A DNA stretch of 64,000 nt, from NCBI GenBank assembly GCA_050253415.1, contig JBFWJC010000001.1, positions 840,679-904,678 of the forward strand, written 5' to 3'. Source of the DNA: Pedobacter sp. (lineage in GTDB: Bacteria > Desulfobacterota > Desulfuromonadia > Desulfuromonadales > Syntrophotaleaceae). The notes under the pieces were generated by a model. The model worked only from the letters and a program-made list of their open reading frames with translations, was not told the DNA's origin and did no database searches. Position numbers and translations under genes: made by a program. Below are positions 60,632 to 64,000 of this stretch, piece by piece (positions within the stretch are counted from its first letter, which is position 1; each line of letters begins with the position of its first letter).

Positions 60632-60675
60632 CAAACCTAAAGGCTATGGCGCCAGCTCGATAGCCTTTAGGTTTG
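60632..60675 (-). terminator. 16-bp stem hairpin downstream of pbpC
   Basis: CAAACCTAAAGGCTAT...ATAGCCTTTAGGTTTG. Confidence 0.55.
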
Positions 60676-60689
60676 TCTCATGCTATTTT

Positions 60690-63053
60690 TCACTTTGTTC
60701 GATCCCGCACCATTCCCACCTGCAAATCCCGAAGATCGGCCCGGCCATGGTCATCCACTACCCGTACCGTAAAACTACCGCTGGTAGGCGGCCAAAAAAA
60801 GGTTTCTCCGGTCTTGCAGGTTCCGACAAACCGGTCATCAACAAACCAATATAGTTGCCGAACATCGGCGTCGGCCACGGCGCTGAAAGGGATTTCAGCC
60901 TTACCCAGGGTTTCGCTTCGCAGCCGGTATTCCAGGTTGGATACCGGTGACTGGATGGTGGGCGAGGAACCGGCCAGACTCTGCGTGTCGAGATCGCAGT
61001 CCGCCTCGAAGGGTGGGGGTGTCTTGAGGGCGATGCCGGCTTGGCGGAAGATACGTTGCAGATCCGATGGCCAGAACTCGTAAACCTGCATTTCGGTGCG
61101 GCCGGGTTGCTGGTGGCAGGCGCGCAGACCGGTCTGTGTATTCACCGGTACGGCGCGGTGGATGGTCGATACCTTGATCGGCGAGACGCCGGGGATGAAC
61201 CAGGACTCTTTGGTGCGGGGGCAGTAACGGCCCGGCAGGTCGCCGGTGTCGGCGCACATGGCGACGCGTTCCACATTCAGCAGGCCGGGTTTGAGGCTGC
61301 CGGTGGCCTTCCAGGGTTGACCGCCACTTAAGTTATGGAAAATTTCGAACAGCAAGGGGCCGGCGGCCTGGCGACCGACGAAGGCGCGGTTGCCGGAGCC
61401 GTCGAAGTTGCCGATCCATACCGCCACCACATAGGGGCCGGAGATGCCTACCGCCCAGGCGTCGCGAAAGGCGTGCGAGGTGCCGGTCTTCCATGCGACC
61501 TCCATGCCGCTGGTCTGTTGGCCAGGCAAGGTGGGGCGTATCGGTGGCGGGTTGTCGCGCAGGATGTCGAGGGTCAGGAAACAGGCTTCTTTGCTCAGGG
61601 GGAAGGACGGTTTTTCAACCTTTGGGGCGTCGGCCAGCAGGCGCAGCGGCTGCAGTTTGCCGCCGTTGGGTAGCATGGCGTAGAGCTTGAGCAGGTCGAG
61701 CATGCTTAGCTCCACGCCACCCAGTGCCAGGGCCAGTCCGTAGTAGCTCTCCGGTTTGAGGTTTTCCACACCTGCGCTTTGCAGTAATCCGTAAAGTCCC
61801 GGTTTGGCCACGGCTGCCTGCAGAGCCGCTGCGGGCACGTTGCGACTGGCGATAAGGGCGTCACGGGCCAGCATGGGGCCGAGGAAGGCCTGGTCGTAGT
61901 TTTCCGGGGCGAAGCCGCCGTAACGGTGCGGTGCATCCTTGAGCATGGTCATGGGGTGGATTACCCCCTGATCCATGGCCAGGGCGTAGACAAAGGGTTT
62001 GAGGGTGGATCCGGGGGAGCGGGGGGCGTTGCAGCCGTTGACCTGGCCCTGAATCGAGGCCTCGGAAAAATCGGCGGAGCCGACCAGTGCCGCCAGTTCC
62101 ATGGTCTGAAAATTAAGGATCGCCACGGCGCCGTTGACGATACCGACATCTTTACGTCGTGCTACATAGTCGCGGAGGCGTTGTTCGGCCATACGCTGCA
62201 AATCGCCGTCGAGGGTAGTGTCGATGCGGCCCCGTAGCAGCAACGGCAGGTTCCTTTCGAGGTCGGTGACCAGGTGCGGGGCGCGAAACGGCAGCTGCTC
62301 CGGCGGGCGTACCTGAAGGGGCAGTTCGAACGAGGCTTGCAGCCGGGAGGCTTCGGGATGCCGCTCCTGCCATCTTTTGAATAACGGGTCGCGGGCGGTT
62401 TTCAGGGCGGCGAAGCCTTTGGCGGTAGTGGGGGAGCGTTTGACCGGATTCTGCGGAATCACGCACAGGCTCAGGGCTTCGGGCAGGCTCAAGTTTCTGG
62501 CGGGTTTGCCGAAATAGATCAGGCTGGCTGCCTCGACCCCTTCGATGTTACGGCCGTAGGGGGCGAGATTGAGGTAGGCTTCGAAGATTTCGTCCTTGCT
62601 GTAATGACGGGAAAGCTGCAGGGCGCGCAGAATTTGCCACAGCTTGCCGCTCAGGCTGCGGGTCTGCAGGTGCCAGCGCAGCCGGGCGACCTGCATGGTG
62701 ATGGTCGAGGCGCCCACCGGGCGCTCACGGACGATGTAACTGCTCCAGAAGGCGCGCAGTAGCGCCAGGGGATCGACGCCGGGATGGCGATAGTAATCCT
62801 GGTCCTCGTACAGCAGGGTCGCCTCGCGCAACTCCGGGGCAATGTTCGCCAGCGGCACCTGCAGGCGGTAGCGGTCATCGTCGGCCAGGGTGAGGCGTAG
62901 CAGCCGGCCCTGACGGTCGAAAAAAGCCCGCGAGGTACTCTGGTAGCGCAGCAGCTCCGGCCGGGGGATGGCTAAAACGGCGACCACGACCACCAACAGG
63001 ATGATCGCTGCCAAGCGCAACACTCGTTTTGTCTGCGGAAGCCAGTGTTTCAA
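60690..63053 (-). CDS. pbpC: Penicillin-binding protein 1C
   Basis: ED..Y..HPGVDP, GASTITMQVAR, PGSTLKPF, SRN, WKTGTS, C-terminal PBP1C domain (LYWFVD...VVDDHGR); downstream of alpha-2-macroglobulin. Confidence 0.93.
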   Translation of the reverse strand: MKHWLPQTKRVLRLAAIILLVVVVAVLAIPRPELLRYQSTSRAFFDRQGRLLRLTLADDDRYRLQVPLANIAPELREATLLYEDQDYYRHPGVDPLALLRAFWSSYIVRERPVGASTITMQVARLRWHLQTRSLSGKLWQILRALQLSRHYSKDEIFEAYLNLAPYGRNIEGVEAASLIYFGKPARNLSLPEALSLCVIPQNPVKRSPTTAKGFAALKTARDPLFKRWQERHPEASRLQASFELPLQVRPPEQLPFRAPHLVTDLERNLPLLLRGRIDTTLDGDLQRMAEQRLRDYVARRKDVGIVNGAVAILNFQTMELAALVGSADFSEASIQGQVNGCNAPRSPGSTLKPFVYALAMDQGVIHPMTMLKDAPHRYGGFAPENYDQAFLGPMLARDALIASRNVPAAALQAAVAKPGLYGLLQSAGVENLKPESYYGLALALGGVELSMLDLLKLYAMLPNGGKLQPLRLLADAPKVEKPSFPLSKEACFLTLDILRDNPPPIRPTLPGQQTSGMEVAWKTGTSHAFRDAWAVGISGPYVVAVWIGNFDGSGNRAFVGRQAAGPLLFEIFHNLSGGQPWKATGSLKPGLLNVERVAMCADTGDLPGRYCPRTKESWFIPGVSPIKVSTIHRAVPVNTQTGLRACHQQPGRTEMQVYEFWPSDLQRIFRQAGIALKTPPPFEADCDLDTQSLAGSSPTIQSPVSNLEYRLRSETLGKAEIPFSAVADADVRQLYWFVDDRFVGTCKTGETFFWPPTSGSFTVRVVDDHGRADLRDLQVGMVRDRTK

Positions 63054-63106
63054 ACTTTGCCTCTGTGTGTTTCAGTTTTTGTAATGAACGGGTGGTTAAA
63101 ACCCGT

Positions 63107-63252
63107 TTAACAGGGATGAAGGGGATTCAGGGGATACGTCTTAAACCCGGATTTCGCACAAAGACACGACGCCACAAAGAATAACCAGCCTCCCGTGTTA
63201 AGTCTTTGCTTGCTTGGCTCTTATCCCTTTTATCTCCTTTATCCCTGTTCAA
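63107..63252. repeat. Inverted-repeat element whose arms are each three ~9-bp GGGATRAAG-like units
   Basis: Left arm TTAACAGGGATGAAGGGGATTCAGGGGATA; reverse complement of right arm TTGAACAGGGATAAAGGAGATAAAAGGGATAA; inner CACAAAGA x2. Confidence 0.7.
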
Positions 63253-63276
63253 TTCGATTTTTTTGTTACTCCTTCT

Positions 63277-64000
63277 TTACTTCGATCCTGCGGATTTTTC
63301 AGGCTCCGAAGGCGTAACGCTGAACTTCCCGGATAGACCGGAGGCCCTTACCGCCCGGTCGTACATGGCCTCGGCCCAGGGCGGCGGGATCACGAACTCG
63401 CCTGCGGCGGTGACCTTGGCCCGGTAGCTGAGTTCTCTCGCGGTGGTGTCGAAGCGGCCGTAAAAGACGACCCGGTCCTCGCGCACGTCGATGTAGTCAG
63501 CTCGCCAACCGACGGCGGTGCGCGGCACCGAATCGCGCAGCACCTCGAAGCCGCCCGGCAGCAGGTCGATGACCGCCACGTTGAAAACCGGCTCGCCCAG
63601 CGCCCGCACCCGCAGGCGTACGGTGACTTCCTGCCCCTGTTGCAGTGTGGTCACCGGTTTGCCGTCCCGGTCCAGATACGCGCGGGTAATCTCGAGCTTG
63701 TCACGCACCGGAGCAGTGGGCATCTCACGGTCGAATCCGGCCTGCGACAGCAGGTGGAACAGCGCCTTGTCTGCACTTAGCAGCACCTTGGCGGTGTCGG
63801 TGCCGAAGGCTGCCTGCGGCAACGGTTTATGCTCGACCTGCAGCGCCTGCTGGTTGCCTTGGTTGTTTACTGCGGTGAAACCTATGGCTTCATCCCGCAG
63901 CGGCGAGGTCTGCAGCTGGCCGTAGGCGCCCAGCGCCAGGATGGTGTAGGCGGCGGAAATGGTATTGTAGCGACCTCGGAACACCGGCTCGACAAACCGC
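63277..64000 (-). CDS. Bacterial alpha-2-macroglobulin, C-terminal part (start lies outside the window)
   Basis: NVAVIDLLPGGFEV, DVREDRVVFY, Y.AK....GEF..PP..AEAMY; canonical pairing with pbpC. Confidence 0.9.
   Translation of the reverse strand, partial: RFVEPVFRGRYNTISAAYTILALGAYGQLQTSPLRDEAIGFTAVNNQGNQQALQVEHKPLPQAAFGTDTAKVLLSADKALFHLLSQAGFDREMPTAPVRDKLEITRAYLDRDGKPVTTLQQGQEVTVRLRVRALGEPVFNVAVIDLLPGGFEVLRDSVPRTAVGWRADYIDVREDRVVFYGRFDTTARELSYRAKVTAAGEFVIPPPWAEAMYDRAVRASGLSGKFSVTPSEPEKSAGSK

Noticed and set aside
60690..64000. Alpha-2-macroglobulin plus PBP1C as a novel system
   Set aside because: A well-known conserved gene pair.
1..64000. tRNA, rRNA, c-di-GMP/cGAMP riboswitches, transposases, integrases
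   Set aside because: None recognised by eye; a covariance-model scan would be needed to exclude divergent RNAs.

Overview
64 kb of GC-rich bacterial chromosome, most consistent with a Desulfuromonadia (Syntrophotalea/Pelobacter/Desulfuromonas-like) anaerobe; the taxon is inferred from gene content only. It is a mosaic accessory region of about 60 CDSs and has no rRNA, tRNA, CRISPR array, transposase or integrase that I could recognise. The genes cover stress and redox functions (MscS x2, rubrerythrin-like protein, ferredoxin, GST, MsrAB, DJ-1), signalling (an MCP, two diguanylate cyclases, V4R, SrkA), nucleic-acid enzymes (RecQ, RhlE-like helicase, RluA, ABC-F) and the envelope (PBP1A, PBP1C plus a partial alpha-2-macroglobulin). 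Several pseudogenes are present. Highlights: (1) a 1.1 kb non-coding array at 17348-18433 of two convergent structured elements (A> <B A> <B A'>) that share a covarying hairpin/pseudoknot module; (2) a putative sulfur/polysulfide-reduction operon (CoA-disulfide reductase-rhodanese-TusA-DsrE fusion, FadL-type outer-membrane channel, two exported thioredoxins) with a palindromic operator and a homopolymer frameshift in the channel's signal peptide; (3) a chemoreceptor with a PocR domain nested inside a periplasmic CHASE3 bundle; (4) a MoxR-like AAA+ / DUF2201-VWA module whose peptidase motif has lost its catalytic Glu; (5) an orphan integron-cassette-like HAD gene. All family calls come from motif recognition by eye; no database searches were run.
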